The position numbers were made by a program, and so were the translations under genes. A stretch of 41,275 bases of DNA from positions 1-41,275 of IMG/VR virus record IMGVR_UViG_3300045988_163933; one strand, given 5' to 3'. The notes beneath the pieces are model-generated. The model worked only from the letters and a program-made list of their open reading frames with translations. It searched no databases and was not told the origin of the DNA. Below, one piece after another: positions 20,630-30,403 of the stretch. Positions within the stretch are counted from its first letter, which is position 1; the number at the start of each line of letters is the position of its first letter. This DNA comes from a virus.

Positions 20630-21745
20630 ATGGGAGAAATTACACAAGAAGCATTAAATATAATGCTACAAGATGGCAAAACAAAGGATAATTTAAAACA
20701 AGTATTAAGTGGAGTACTAGAAAATGTTGCTGCAAGAGCAGTGTCAGAACAAATAAAAGCCAAAAATGGTTCTGGAAATCCAGAAGGTGGAGTAATTGAA
20801 TATAAAAGATTTGTAAATGCAGAATTAAAAGATAAAGGTACTGCAAGAGCTGCTGGAAAAGGTGATAAAGTAAAAGCAAAACCCGTAAAAGTTGTTATTG
20901 ATACAGATAAAGAAATTGTAGAGGAATTGCAAGGAAAAGATGTAAAACTTTATGGTATCGATGGTATGGCTGAAAAAAGAAAAGTAAATCATCAATCAGC
21001 TATCATAAGATATCTAGATAGAGAGTTTTTTGCCAAAGTATTAGGAGGAACAGAAGTACCAGCAAAAGACAACATTCAAGATACAATTGATACTTTATTA
21101 CAAAAAGCAAGAACTTTAAAGAATGACTTTATTGATGGTATAGAGTCAGATTTATTAGTTATTGTAGTAGATAGCGAATATAGAAAAGGAATGAAGAAAA
21201 TTCTTGATGATTTACCAAATGGAACAGATCCAAAAGAACAAGCAATTGGTATGTATGATTCTGTTAGAGTTTATGAATCAACAAGATTACCAGACGGTGT
21301 AAAAGCTGTTGTAATGATGGATGGAGCTATTGCTCAACCATTTTATGTATCAGAGTATGGAGCAGAGAAAGTACCATTTGATGATGCTGTAGCATTAGAA
21401 GATTTCTTATATAAAGGAACAAAAGCTTTAATGGAAGATACAATATTCTATGTAACAGATGCTAAACTTGCAGAGTTAACTGTAACATCAGTAGCAGGAA
21501 CATCAACTGGAAAAACAAAAATAATCGTTAAACCAGCTTTAGCTTCTGGAAACAGCTATAAATATAAAACAGCAGCTAATCCAACAATGCCAGAATATGA
21601 TGCTGTTTGTACATCTGGATACACAGCTTGGAATGGAACAGATGAAATCACAGCAACAACTGGACAAAAAATAGTAATTGTTGAAGTTAATTCAGAGAAT
21701 AAGGCTAAAAAAGCAGGAATAGTAACAATTGCTTCAATGGCCTAA
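20630..21745 (+). CDS. Major capsid protein, with a C-terminal Ig-like-type segment
   Basis: 371 aa after scaffold; C-term ...VTSVAGTSTGKTKIIVKPAL. Confidence 0.8.
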   Translation: MGEITQEALNIMLQDGKTKDNLKQVLSGVLENVAARAVSEQIKAKNGSGNPEGGVIEYKRFVNAELKDKGTARAAGKGDKVKAKPVKVVIDTDKEIVEELQGKDVKLYGIDGMAEKRKVNHQSAIIRYLDREFFAKVLGGTEVPAKDNIQDTIDTLLQKARTLKNDFIDGIESDLLVIVVDSEYRKGMKKILDDLPNGTDPKEQAIGMYDSVRVYESTRLPDGVKAVVMMDGAIAQPFYVSEYGAEKVPFDDAVALEDFLYKGTKALMEDTIFYVTDAKLAELTVTSVAGTSTGKTKIIVKPALASGNSYKYKTAANPTMPEYDAVCTSGYTAWNGTDEITATTGQKIVIVEVNSENKAKKAGIVTIASMA

Positions 21746-21764
21746 AAATAGGAGGCAATAGAAA

Positions 21765-22064
21765 ATGGACGATAATATAGATAAAATAATAAATGATTTA
21801 GGACCTAATTATAGAGGTGACGACGAGGTATTAGAAGAAATATTAGAGGAAGTTAGCTCTATTGCCTCTGATATTTCTAATAGAAAAAAGAATGATACAA
21901 AGTTATTTCCATACATAAAAAAAGCTGTAAAAGCAATATATCTTTGTAGAGGTGCAGAAGGATTAACAAGCAGAAATGAAGGTTCTATTTCGACATCATA
22001 TGAAGATATTATAGAAAAACTAAGAAATGACATTATAAAATCTGGATTAAGGAGGATTAAATAA
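21765..22064 (+). CDS. Head-tail connector
   Basis: Position and size. Confidence 0.65.
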   Translation: MDDNIDKIINDLGPNYRGDDEVLEEILEEVSSIASDISNRKKNDTKLFPYIKKAVKAIYLCRGAEGLTSRNEGSISTSYEDIIEKLRNDIIKSGLRRIK

Positions 22065-22393
22065 TGTTATTACGAGATTTAACAAAGGTATATATATCAG
22101 AATATGAAGAAATAGAAGATCACGGCGAGCCAGACCAAGTATGGAAATATAAAGGCATAGCTTGGTTAAATATGCAACAAGACGTCAACGAGTTAGATAG
22201 AAAATCTACTGGTGAAGTTGATTATAGCACTTATAAAGGAAGAACAACAAGTGAATATGACATACAAAAAGGCAATGGAATATCATTTGAAGATATCTCA
22301 AAATTAGAGAAGTTTAAACCTCAATATAAAGTAACTGATAAAAATAAAATCGGAAATACTTATTTATATATATGTAAGAAGGTGCAAGAATGA
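22064..22393 (+). CDS. Head completion/closure protein
   Basis: Position and size. Confidence 0.6.
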   Translation: MLLRDLTKVYISEYEEIEDHGEPDQVWKYKGIAWLNMQQDVNELDRKSTGEVDYSTYKGRTTSEYDIQKGNGISFEDISKLEKFKPQYKVTDKNKIGNTYLYICKKVQE

Positions 22394-22930
22394 TAAGTTT
22401 CAATTGTAATATAAAAGTAAAACATAATTTCAAAAATATAGAGGCTATAACTAAGAAATTACCACAGAAAGCAAAAGAAATAACAGAAGATGTATTAAAT
22501 AACATTAGAGGTTATGCAATAAAGTTAGAAAAAGGACATAATGAGGAAGGTATATTAGTTGAAATGATTGATATGTCTACTAAAGAAGTGAAGCGGTCGT
22601 ATTTTTGCAGATCCTTCTAAATTTATGTCTAATGGAGTCTCATATTTATTTTTTGAATACTTTGGAACTGGTGCCAATGCTGAGATGGAACATGTGGGAA
22701 AAACCAAACACTTCATTCAAAGTGGCTATACAGAATGGTTTATTCCTGTAAGTAAAGTCGAAAAAGCATTATCATATCCAGTTGTAAATATTCAAGGAAT
22801 AGATTTTTATATAGCTCATGGAAGTAAGGCAAATCACTTCATGAGTGATGCTAGTTTCCAAAGTAGAGAAGAAAATGTAGAAGTTGCAAAGAAAAAAATA
22901 GAAGAAATGTTGAAAGAGGTGTGTAAATGA
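22390..22930 (+). CDS. HK97 gp10-like tail completion protein, recoded: +1 (CGGT read as Gly) at 22594
   Basis: ...VEMIDMSTKEVK + GRIFADPSKFMSNGVSYLFFEYFGTGANAEMEHVGKTKHFIQSGYTEWF. Confidence 0.85.
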
Positions 22931-23310
22931 AAGATTTAAGTATAAAAGAGTTTAGTGATTTAGTATATGAAAGGCTAGAATCATTAAAATATAAACAAAT
23001 ATTGACAAATCCAACAACTACAAGTAAATTTCCTTGTCTTGAATTACATACACCTTTAAAGTCAGTAAATCTAACAGAAAACGCATTTCCAATTCGTTCT
23101 ACATTTCAAATATTAATAACTTGTTGGAATGAAAAGCAACGTCAGGCTATGCAAATGACAGATGAAGTTAGTACAAAACTTCAAAAATATAATTTTATAA
23201 GGACAAATACCAGTCAAGCAGTATATGATCCTATATTGCAAAAATACGGTATAACAATAACATTTGAGGTTCGTTATAATTCAATAACGACCTCTTTTAA
23301 TTTAAGATAA
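22927..23310 (+). CDS. Tail terminator-like protein
   Basis: Position; ATGA overlap. Confidence 0.6.
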   Translation: MKDLSIKEFSDLVYERLESLKYKQILTNPTTTSKFPCLELHTPLKSVNLTENAFPIRSTFQILITCWNEKQRQAMQMTDEVSTKLQKYNFIRTNTSQAVYDPILQKYGITITFEVRYNSITTSFNLR

Positions 23311-23326
23311 TAAGGAGGAATTAGAA

Positions 23327-23806
23327 ATGGCAGATACACCAGCAACAACAACACCACAAGTTGCAATGAAGGCAGAAGTGTCATATGCAACAACATTAAC
23401 AGGAGATAAAACTAAAATTGGTTATGTTCAAAAAGTAGGACAATTAAAGACTCTAAAAGAAGGACAAACATATAGTGCATTGGATTTAGACGAAGAAAGA
23501 ATGGCAAAAGGAAAAAGAAAAGCAGAAGCTGTTGATATTGAAATGTTGTTTATACAAGAAGTACATAAAGCAATGGGAGTTATAGCAGATGCAGATACAG
23601 AAATATATTTATTTGTTAAATATCCAGAATCAACAGCATCGGTTGCAAGTAAACCACTTGTACAAACAGTAAAATGCACAATAGATATTGCAGGACAAGA
23701 AATGAATGATGGGGATTTCATAAAAGATACTATGAGGGTATTTAAAAATTCAAAAGTAGTAGAAACAGATGGATATCCAATTGAAGGAGATTCAACAAAA
23801 TTTTAA
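23327..23806 (+). CDS. Major tail protein
   Basis: Size and order. Confidence 0.75.
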   Translation: MADTPATTTPQVAMKAEVSYATTLTGDKTKIGYVQKVGQLKTLKEGQTYSALDLDEERMAKGKRKAEAVDIEMLFIQEVHKAMGVIADADTEIYLFVKYPESTASVASKPLVQTVKCTIDIAGQEMNDGDFIKDTMRVFKNSKVVETDGYPIEGDSTKF

Positions 23807-23849
23807 GAGGAGGCTTTGAGCCTTCTCTCTTTTGCAAAGGAGAGAAAGA

Positions 23850-24290
23850 ATGATAATAGAAACAAAAAACAAAACAATTAATTTAGTACTAAAAACAAGA
23901 AAAATAGTAGACATAGCTAATCTACTAAAAAACAAAAATTTTGAAGAAGCTTTTACAAAAGCATATTCAGAACTAGACATGGAAGCATTGTCAAAAATAA
24001 TATTTAAGTTAGCAGAAGATGAAGATGGAAAAAGTGTATTTGAAACATCTGGTGAAGTATATGATTTTATGGATGAATGCAGAGCAGACGGTATAACAAT
24101 TAATGATTTATATGGAAAAGTAGCAGAGGCATTGAATGAAGAGGGTTTTTTCAAAAAAAAGATGTCAAAGAAAGAACTAAAAGAAATGACATCAAATCCA
24201 TTGTCAACAATGAATATGAACGAATTAATTCAAAAGTCAGCAGAAGTAGCTGTAAACAAAATGACGGAACAAATTATATCAGAAATTTAA
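23850..24290 (+). CDS. Tail assembly chaperone, short product
   Basis: Precedes tape measure; slippery A_AAA_AAG within. Confidence 0.75.
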   Translation: MIIETKNKTINLVLKTRKIVDIANLLKNKNFEEAFTKAYSELDMEALSKIIFKLAEDEDGKSVFETSGEVYDFMDECRADGITINDLYGKVAEALNEEGFFKKKMSKKELKEMTSNPLSTMNMNELIQKSAEVAVNKMTEQIISEI

Positions 24291-24628
24291 AAGATATAAA
24301 TATAAAAATAAAAAACTCAAAAAATGTAGTTGAACTAATAAATGCATTAGAAATGTTTGCATATTATTGGGGAATGAAACCACATGAGTTTTGGAATTGT
24401 AGATATTCTGAAATAAAAAATTATTGCCAGGCGAATTTGGCAAAGAAAAATGATGATTTAATAGATGCAATAAATTTACAAGAAGCAGCAACAAACAAAC
24501 TAATAGCAGGCGATTGCATGAACCAAAATGCAAAAGTAATCCTTATTAGAGATAATTATAAAGAACTTTTTGAGTCACAAGAAGAAGTTCAAACATTAGA
24601 AGAACAAAGAATGTTGTTTAAAGGTTAA
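23850..24628 (+). CDS. Tail assembly chaperone, candidate -1 frameshift product
   Basis: -1 frame fully open from AAAAAAG (24155-24161) to 24628. Confidence 0.65.
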
Positions 24629-24660
24629 AAAAATATAAAAAAAATAAATTTTCGACAGTT

Positions 24661-24689
24661 TTCGACAATGTTTTTAAATAGTTTATAAT
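24661..24689 (+). promoter_or_regulatory. Candidate promoter TTCGAC-17-TATAAT upstream of TM2 gene
   Basis: Boxes at 24661-24666 and 24684-24689. Confidence 0.5.
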
Positions 24690-24725
24690 ATAATTTTCAC
24701 ATAAATAAAAAAGGAGGAAATATAT

Positions 24726-24971
24726 ATGGCTCATTATCAAACAATGACATCAGATAAAAATAAAGATACAGCATTAATAATGTGCATATTTGGAGGATGG
24801 TTTGGTTTACATCAATATTATGTTGGAAATATAGGAAAAGGATTATTATATACATTTACTTTTGGGTTATGTATGATTGGATGGTTCCTAGATACAATAA
24901 AGATACTGTTGGGAAGCTTCAGAGACAATGTCGGAGCACCATTAAGAGCAACTAAAAAACAAAATAATTAA
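24726..24971 (+). CDS. TM2-domain membrane protein (moron)
   Basis: ALIMCIFGGWFGLHQYYVGNIGKGLLYTFTFGLCMIGWFLDTIKIL. Confidence 0.85.
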   Translation: MAHYQTMTSDKNKDTALIMCIFGGWFGLHQYYVGNIGKGLLYTFTFGLCMIGWFLDTIKILLGSFRDNVGAPLRATKKQNN

Positions 24972-25033
24972 GAAACACTTACTTAGGTAGGTGTTTTTTT
25001 ATGCAAAAATACAGAAAGGAGGAATATCTTATG

Positions 25034-28000
25034 ACGGTGGAAGAAATAGAAATAGTTGTAACTGCAAAAGTTGAGGAAGCATTAAAAGAGTTTCAAAAGT
25101 TCTTACCAGCTATAAAACAAGCAATGAAACAATCACAAGAAGCATTTTCAAAAATGGATATGAAAGAATTTTCAAGAAAAGTAAATCAAGCTGGAGTTTT
25201 TGTTAAAAAGAAATCACAAGAAATGAGAAAAAGTTTAGAAAACAATAATATAAAAATAAGAGTAAACAATGATGAAGCCAAAAAACAAATAAGTCAAATT
25301 CAGAAAGAAATAGATAGTTTACAAAAAAAAATAAGTGAACGAGAATTGAAATTAAATTTAACGAATGGTGCTTTAAATAAAATAGAAGATGAAAAAAGAC
25401 AAGAAGTAACAAAAAAAATGCCAGATGCAGCACCTAAAAGGATAAATCAATTTACACAGTTAAAATTATATCAAGATCCAAATTTTGTTGGATTAGAAAA
25501 ACAAAGTGACAAATTAAATAATGAAGTAATTAGATATAACGCTTTATTAGACAGTGCTAAGGTTAAATTAAGAGAAATGAAAGAAAATGCACATTTTTCG
25601 AAAATAACAGGATTTGCTGGAAGTGTAAAAGACTTAGATGGTATTGTTTATAAAGTGAAACAAACAAGGCAAGAAATAGAACAAATATCAACTACTCAAA
25701 ATAGATTGGGTAGTTTTTTTGATGTATTTAAACAAGAAGCAGAACAAATAAAACTTACTATACAGGCTGTAAAGCAAAGTTTTAACAATGTATTTAGCGG
25801 CAAAGCTTTTAAGAGTGATGATCAATTTGACTTAGGAAAAAGCGAAAATCAATTAAGATTAATTGATTTAAAAATAGATAAGTTGGAAACTAAAATAAAA
25901 AATGCTCAAAAAGGTAAAATTGAATTAAGTGATGAAGATATTGCAAAAGCAGAAGTGGAATTAGATAGATTATATAATCAAAAAGAAAAAATAGAAAAAT
26001 CGGGTGGAGGAAATTTCTTTTCAAAGCTATTTTTAGAAGCTAAAAAGACTAAACCAGTAATTGAAAAAATATCTGTTCCTTTAGCAAATATAAAAAATCA
26101 AGTAAATAAAATGAGCTCAGGACTAAAAAATGGATTTGGGCATGTTATTAAATATGCTACAGCGTTATTTAGTTTGAGTGGAATATATTCTGTGTTAAGT
26201 AATTCTGCTCAATCTTGGCTATCAAGTCAAAATGAAGGAGCTAAACAGTTAAATGCTAATATAGAGTATATGAAATATGCTATGGGAAGCGCATTAGCAC
26301 CAGTTATTCAATTTGTAACAAATTTAGTATATCAGTTAATGAGAGCAATTCAAAGTGTTGCATATGCATTGACAGGAGTAAATATTTTTGCAAAAGCTAC
26401 AGCTTCATCAATGAAAAGTGCTTCTTCTAGTGCAAAACAAGCAAATAAATCTTTATCAAATGTACATAGTGAAATTAATAATGTCTCTGATAGAAAAAAT
26501 AGTGGAAGCTCAGGTACTCCAAATATAGATTTGTCAAAAATGGAAAATATGCCTAATTCAATAATTGATGCAATAAAGAACGGCAACTGGTATGAGGTTG
26601 GAGAAACAATTGGTCAAAAAATAAATGATGCAATGAATAGTATACCTTGGGATAAAATACAAAGCACAGCAAAAAACATAGGAACAAATATTGCACAATT
26701 TTTAAATGGTGGAATAAAAGCAATAAATTGGAGTCAAGTTGGAAATACATTTGCACAAGGAATAAATACAGCAATATATTTTGCTTACAATTTTGTAACA
26801 ACATTTGATTGGAAACAGTTTGGAAAAGCAATTGGAGATAGTATAAATGGATTTTTTAACAACATAGATTGGGCAACAGCTGGAAAAACTTTAGGAGATG
26901 GGATAAAAGGAATATTTGACAGTATAGATACTGCTTTAGAAGAAATAGATTGGCAACAAATTGCTAGAGATGTTGAAGATTTCATCAAAAATATAGATTG
27001 GAGTGGAATTGTACAAGCGTTTTTTAGAGGTCTTGGTGCTGCTTTTGGAGGTTTTTCACTTTTTTTAGGAACACTAATAAGTGATGCTTTTAATGGTATT
27101 GGAGATTATTTCAATGATAAAATAGAAGAGTGTGGAGGAGATATTACAAGAGGAATATTTAATGGAATTGTAGATGCGATAGCAGGAATAGGGCAATGGA
27201 TTAATGATAATATATTTGAACCATTTATAAATGGATTCAAAAATGCATTTGGAATACATTCACCATCAACAGTCATGGAAGAACAGGGGCACTTTATTAT
27301 AGAAGGCTTAAAAAATGGCTTAACAGGTATTTGGAAAAATGTTGCTAGAATATTTGAAGAATTTTGCAAAAACGTAAAAACTAAGTTTAAAGAAATAAAA
27401 GAAAATATATTTGATACTTGGGAAAATGTGAAAAGTAAAACGAATGAAAAGTGGGAAGAAATAAAAGGAAATGTTACAAATACTTGGAATAACATAAATG
27501 AAAAGGCCAAAGAAAAATTTGATACCATTAAAAATAAGGTAACAGAAACATGGAATAACATTAAAAACGATCCAAACAAAGCAGGAATGGCAACAGTGAT
27601 ATTTAATACTTTTTCAAATATAAAGGAAAAAGCTAGAGAACAATTTGATGATATTAAAACAAAAATAACAGATAGCTGGAATGATATTAAAACTGATAAA
27701 AACTTGTCAAGTATGTCTGATTCAATTAAAAATACTTTTAGTAACTTGGGAAAAAACGCATCAGCTTGGGGAAAAGACCTGGCAGATAATATGGCCTCTG
27801 GAATAAAAAATAACATTCATAAAGTGACAAGTGCAGTAAGTTCAGTTGCAAATAAAATAAAAGACTATTTACACTTTACAGAGCCAGATGTTGGACCGTT
27901 AAGCAATTTCCATACATACATGCCAGATATGATTGACTTGATGGTTAAAGGAATAAAAGATAATACTAGCAAAGTAAAAAATGAAATAGAAAATTTAGCA

Positions 28001-28270
28001 GGTACAATGTCTTATACAATAAATACGGAGCCTTTAACCCAAATAGATACAACTACATCTCGAATCAAGCCGGTAAATGTACAATCTTCAAGTTTAGCAG
28101 AAAGATTTGAAGATGCTTTGACAGGTTTTAATTTTTCAAACAATACTGATAGACCAATATATCTAACAGTAAATGTAGGAGATAAAAAATTAGGACAAAT
28201 ATTGTTAGATGACTTAAGAGATAAAACAAGAAGAACAGGCAAAGATATAGAAGCTTTAATAGGAGGATAA
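25034..28270 (+). CDS. Tail tape measure protein
   Basis: Over 1000 aa, coiled-coil, transmembrane segments, FGIHSPSTVMEEQGHFIIEGLKNGL. Confidence 0.92.
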   Translation, partial: TVEEIEIVVTAKVEEALKEFQKFLPAIKQAMKQSQEAFSKMDMKEFSRKVNQAGVFVKKKSQEMRKSLENNNIKIRVNNDEAKKQISQIQKEIDSLQKKISERELKLNLTNGALNKIEDEKRQEVTKKMPDAAPKRINQFTQLKLYQDPNFVGLEKQSDKLNNEVIRYNALLDSAKVKLREMKENAHFSKITGFAGSVKDLDGIVYKVKQTRQEIEQISTTQNRLGSFFDVFKQEAEQIKLTIQAVKQSFNNVFSGKAFKSDDQFDLGKSENQLRLIDLKIDKLETKIKNAQKGKIELSDEDIAKAEVELDRLYNQKEKIEKSGGGNFFSKLFLEAKKTKPVIEKISVPLANIKNQVNKMSSGLKNGFGHVIKYATALFSLSGIYSVLSNSAQSWLSSQNEGAKQLNANIEYMKYAMGSALAPVIQFVTNLVYQLMRAIQSVAYALTGVNIFAKATASSMKSASSSAKQANKSLSNVHSEINNVSDRKNSGSSGTPNIDLSKMENMPNSIIDAIKNGNWYEVGETIGQKINDAMNSIPWDKIQSTAKNIGTNIAQFLNGGIKAINWSQVGNTFAQGINTAIYFAYNFVTTFDWKQFGKAIGDSINGFFNNIDWATAGKTLGDGIKGIFDSIDTALEEIDWQQIARDVEDFIKNIDWSGIVQAFFRGLGAAFGGFSLFLGTLISDAFNGIGDYFNDKIEECGGDITRGIFNGIVDAIAGIGQWINDNIFEPFINGFKNAFGIHSPSTVMEEQGHFIIEGLKNGLTGIWKNVARIFEEFCKNVKTKFKEIKENIFDTWENVKSKTNEKWEEIKGNVTNTWNNINEKAKEKFDTIKNKVTETWNNIKNDPNKAGMATVIFNTFSNIKEKAREQFDDIKTKITDSWNDIKTDKNLSSMSDSIKNTFSNLGKNASAWGKDLADNMASGIKNNIHKVTSAVSSVANKIKDYLHFTEPDVGPLSNFHTYMPDMIDLMVKGIKDNTSKVKNEIENLAGTMSYTINTEPLTQIDTTTSRIKPVNVQSSSLAERFEDALTGFNFSNNTDRPIYLTVNVGDKKLGQILLDDLRDKTRRTGKDIEALIGG

Positions 28271-28274
28271 AATT

Positions 28275-28700
28275 ATGATATGGAGAGAACATGGAAAGAC
28301 AGAAAATCTGCCAACACCAAGTACATATAGTGCAGATATAGAAGATACCGATAAAGATAGTTATACATCAAATGATGATGGTTCTTTAATTGATAATCCC
28401 ATTGCAGTAGGAATGTTAAAGCTTTCTATGTCATGGGATTTTAATACAGAGGAAGAAGCCGAAGAATTATGCCAAAAGACATTTAAAAATCCATTTATAC
28501 TAGATGTCAAAGTTCCAGTTGTAAAGGGTGGTTTTCTAGAGAATGCACAATTCAGAGTTTCAAAAAGAAAAGTTGAAATGATAAAAACAGAAAAAGGAAC
28601 GGCAACAGAAAAAACAAAATGGAAAACATCATTTAATTTAATGCAAAAAGAATTAACAGATGCCCAAAAACAAATTGTCTTGGAGGTAAATGATGTATAA
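28275..28700 (+). CDS. Distal tail-region structural protein
   Basis: Position between tape measure and endopeptidase gene. Confidence 0.55.
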   Translation: MIWREHGKTENLPTPSTYSADIEDTDKDSYTSNDDGSLIDNPIAVGMLKLSMSWDFNTEEEAEELCQKTFKNPFILDVKVPVVKGGFLENAQFRVSKRKVEMIKTEKGTATEKTKWKTSFNLMQKELTDAQKQIVLEVNDV

Positions 28701-30394
28701 GGGATTAACAGACAAAGCAATAAAAACAATATATAAAAGCAACGCACTAACAGTTACTAATATTTATATAGATGATGTATTATTAAATCCAAAATATTTG
28801 CTAGATTTTAAACATGGTGGAGAATTGTTTGATGAAAAATTAGAACTAGGAAGTGTTCCGAGTCAATACATAGAGATGAAAATACATAAAAGTTCTGGAA
28901 TAACAAGTGCTAAGACAATACGAATAGAATACGGAGTTTTAGTAAATCATGCTATAACAGTTGCAGAGTTAAATAAAATGCTAGTATGCGATCTAAATAA
29001 ATTACAAGTAAAAAGTTTAGCAAAACATGATGATAGTTTTGAGATGATGCCAATACGGAATTTATAATGTAGATGACTATAACGATGAAGACAATAATGT
29101 AATAAACATAAAAGCAGTAGATAATATTATAAAATTAGATGCAGATGATGGATATTATGATGCTAGTGAATTGATAAAAGATAAAGGCTATGCAACTCTT
29201 AGTGAAATAGCAGCAAATATATGTGAAAAAAAGGGGCTTGAATTAGAAACAAGCTCTTTTCTTAATTCAGACAAAAAAATATATACTTATGATAACCAAA
29301 TAAAAGCAAGAGAATATATGAGTTATATAGCAGAAAAAGCTGGAGGAATTTGTTGTGCTGGAAGAACTGGTAAAATTCAAATAAAAAAGCTTGGAGAAGA
29401 TGCAGAAACAATTCCTCAAAGACTTTTTAAAACTTACAAATGGGGAGAAGAACATCAAATATCAAGAGTTGCATATGAAAATGGAACTGAAACATTTAAG
29501 GTCGGAGATGAAACAAAAGATACTCTTTGGATCAGGCAAGAAAATTTATTTATTAGTGAACAAGATGATATTCAAAAAATATATGATGCTATGAAAGAGT
29601 TAGTTTTTTATAGTTTTGAAGGAACTACAATAATAAACCCAGCTATTGATATTGGAGATATGATTAATATTGATGGAAAAAAGGTAATTTATCAAGGCGA
29701 AATGACATTAAATAAGCGATTTATAGCAGATATAAAAAGCAAAATAGCAATAAAACAAAAACAAGAAACAACAACAAGAAAACAAAATCAGAAACTTATA
29801 AATAGAAAAATTCAAAGTCAAATAGATGAAGAAAAGTTAAAATTAACTCAGTTAGCACAAGAAACAACAGAAAACTCTCAAAAAATAACAGAGCATACAC
29901 AAACTTTAGACAGTATAAGTAATAAAGTGCAAAGCAATGAAACTAATATAAATAATAATTATCAAGATGTGATTGGAAAAATAAATGATTGTGCGCAAAA
30001 ATCAGATGTTGAAACAATATCAAAATCGGTCGAAACAATACAAACGGATACTAATTATGCAATAGATATATCTAAAGAAATTCAACAAAACGGTGTAACG
30101 AAAATCAAGACTTCGACAGGCTATACTTTTGATGAAGATGGTCTAACAATAAAAAAAACAAATGCAAAAACTAAATCAAAATTAAATGAGGCTGGACTTG
30201 AAATAAATGATGCAACAGGAAGTAGTGAAGAAAGTTTATTATTTGCAGGATATGATGAGAAAACAGGAGAAACAATTGTAAAATCTAAAAATATGACAGT
30301 TAAAAAATATCTAGTTGTAGGAAAGCATACAAGATTTGAAGATTATAATGATGAAAATGGAGAAGCATGGACAGGTACTTTTTGGCTAGAATAG
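28693..30394 (+). CDS. Phage tail endopeptidase/tail-associated protein, recoded: +1 (CGGA read as Gly) at 29056
   Basis: ...DDSFEMMPI + GIYNVDDYNDEDNNVINIKAVDNIIKLDADDGYYDASELIKDKGYATLSEIAANI... Confidence 0.85.
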
Positions 30395-30403
30395 GAGGAA
30401 AAA

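Noticed and set aside
24155-24290. Treating the tail chaperone ORF break as another CGGN site
   Set aside because: No in-frame CGG is present; this is better explained by the A_AAA_AAG -1 slippery site.
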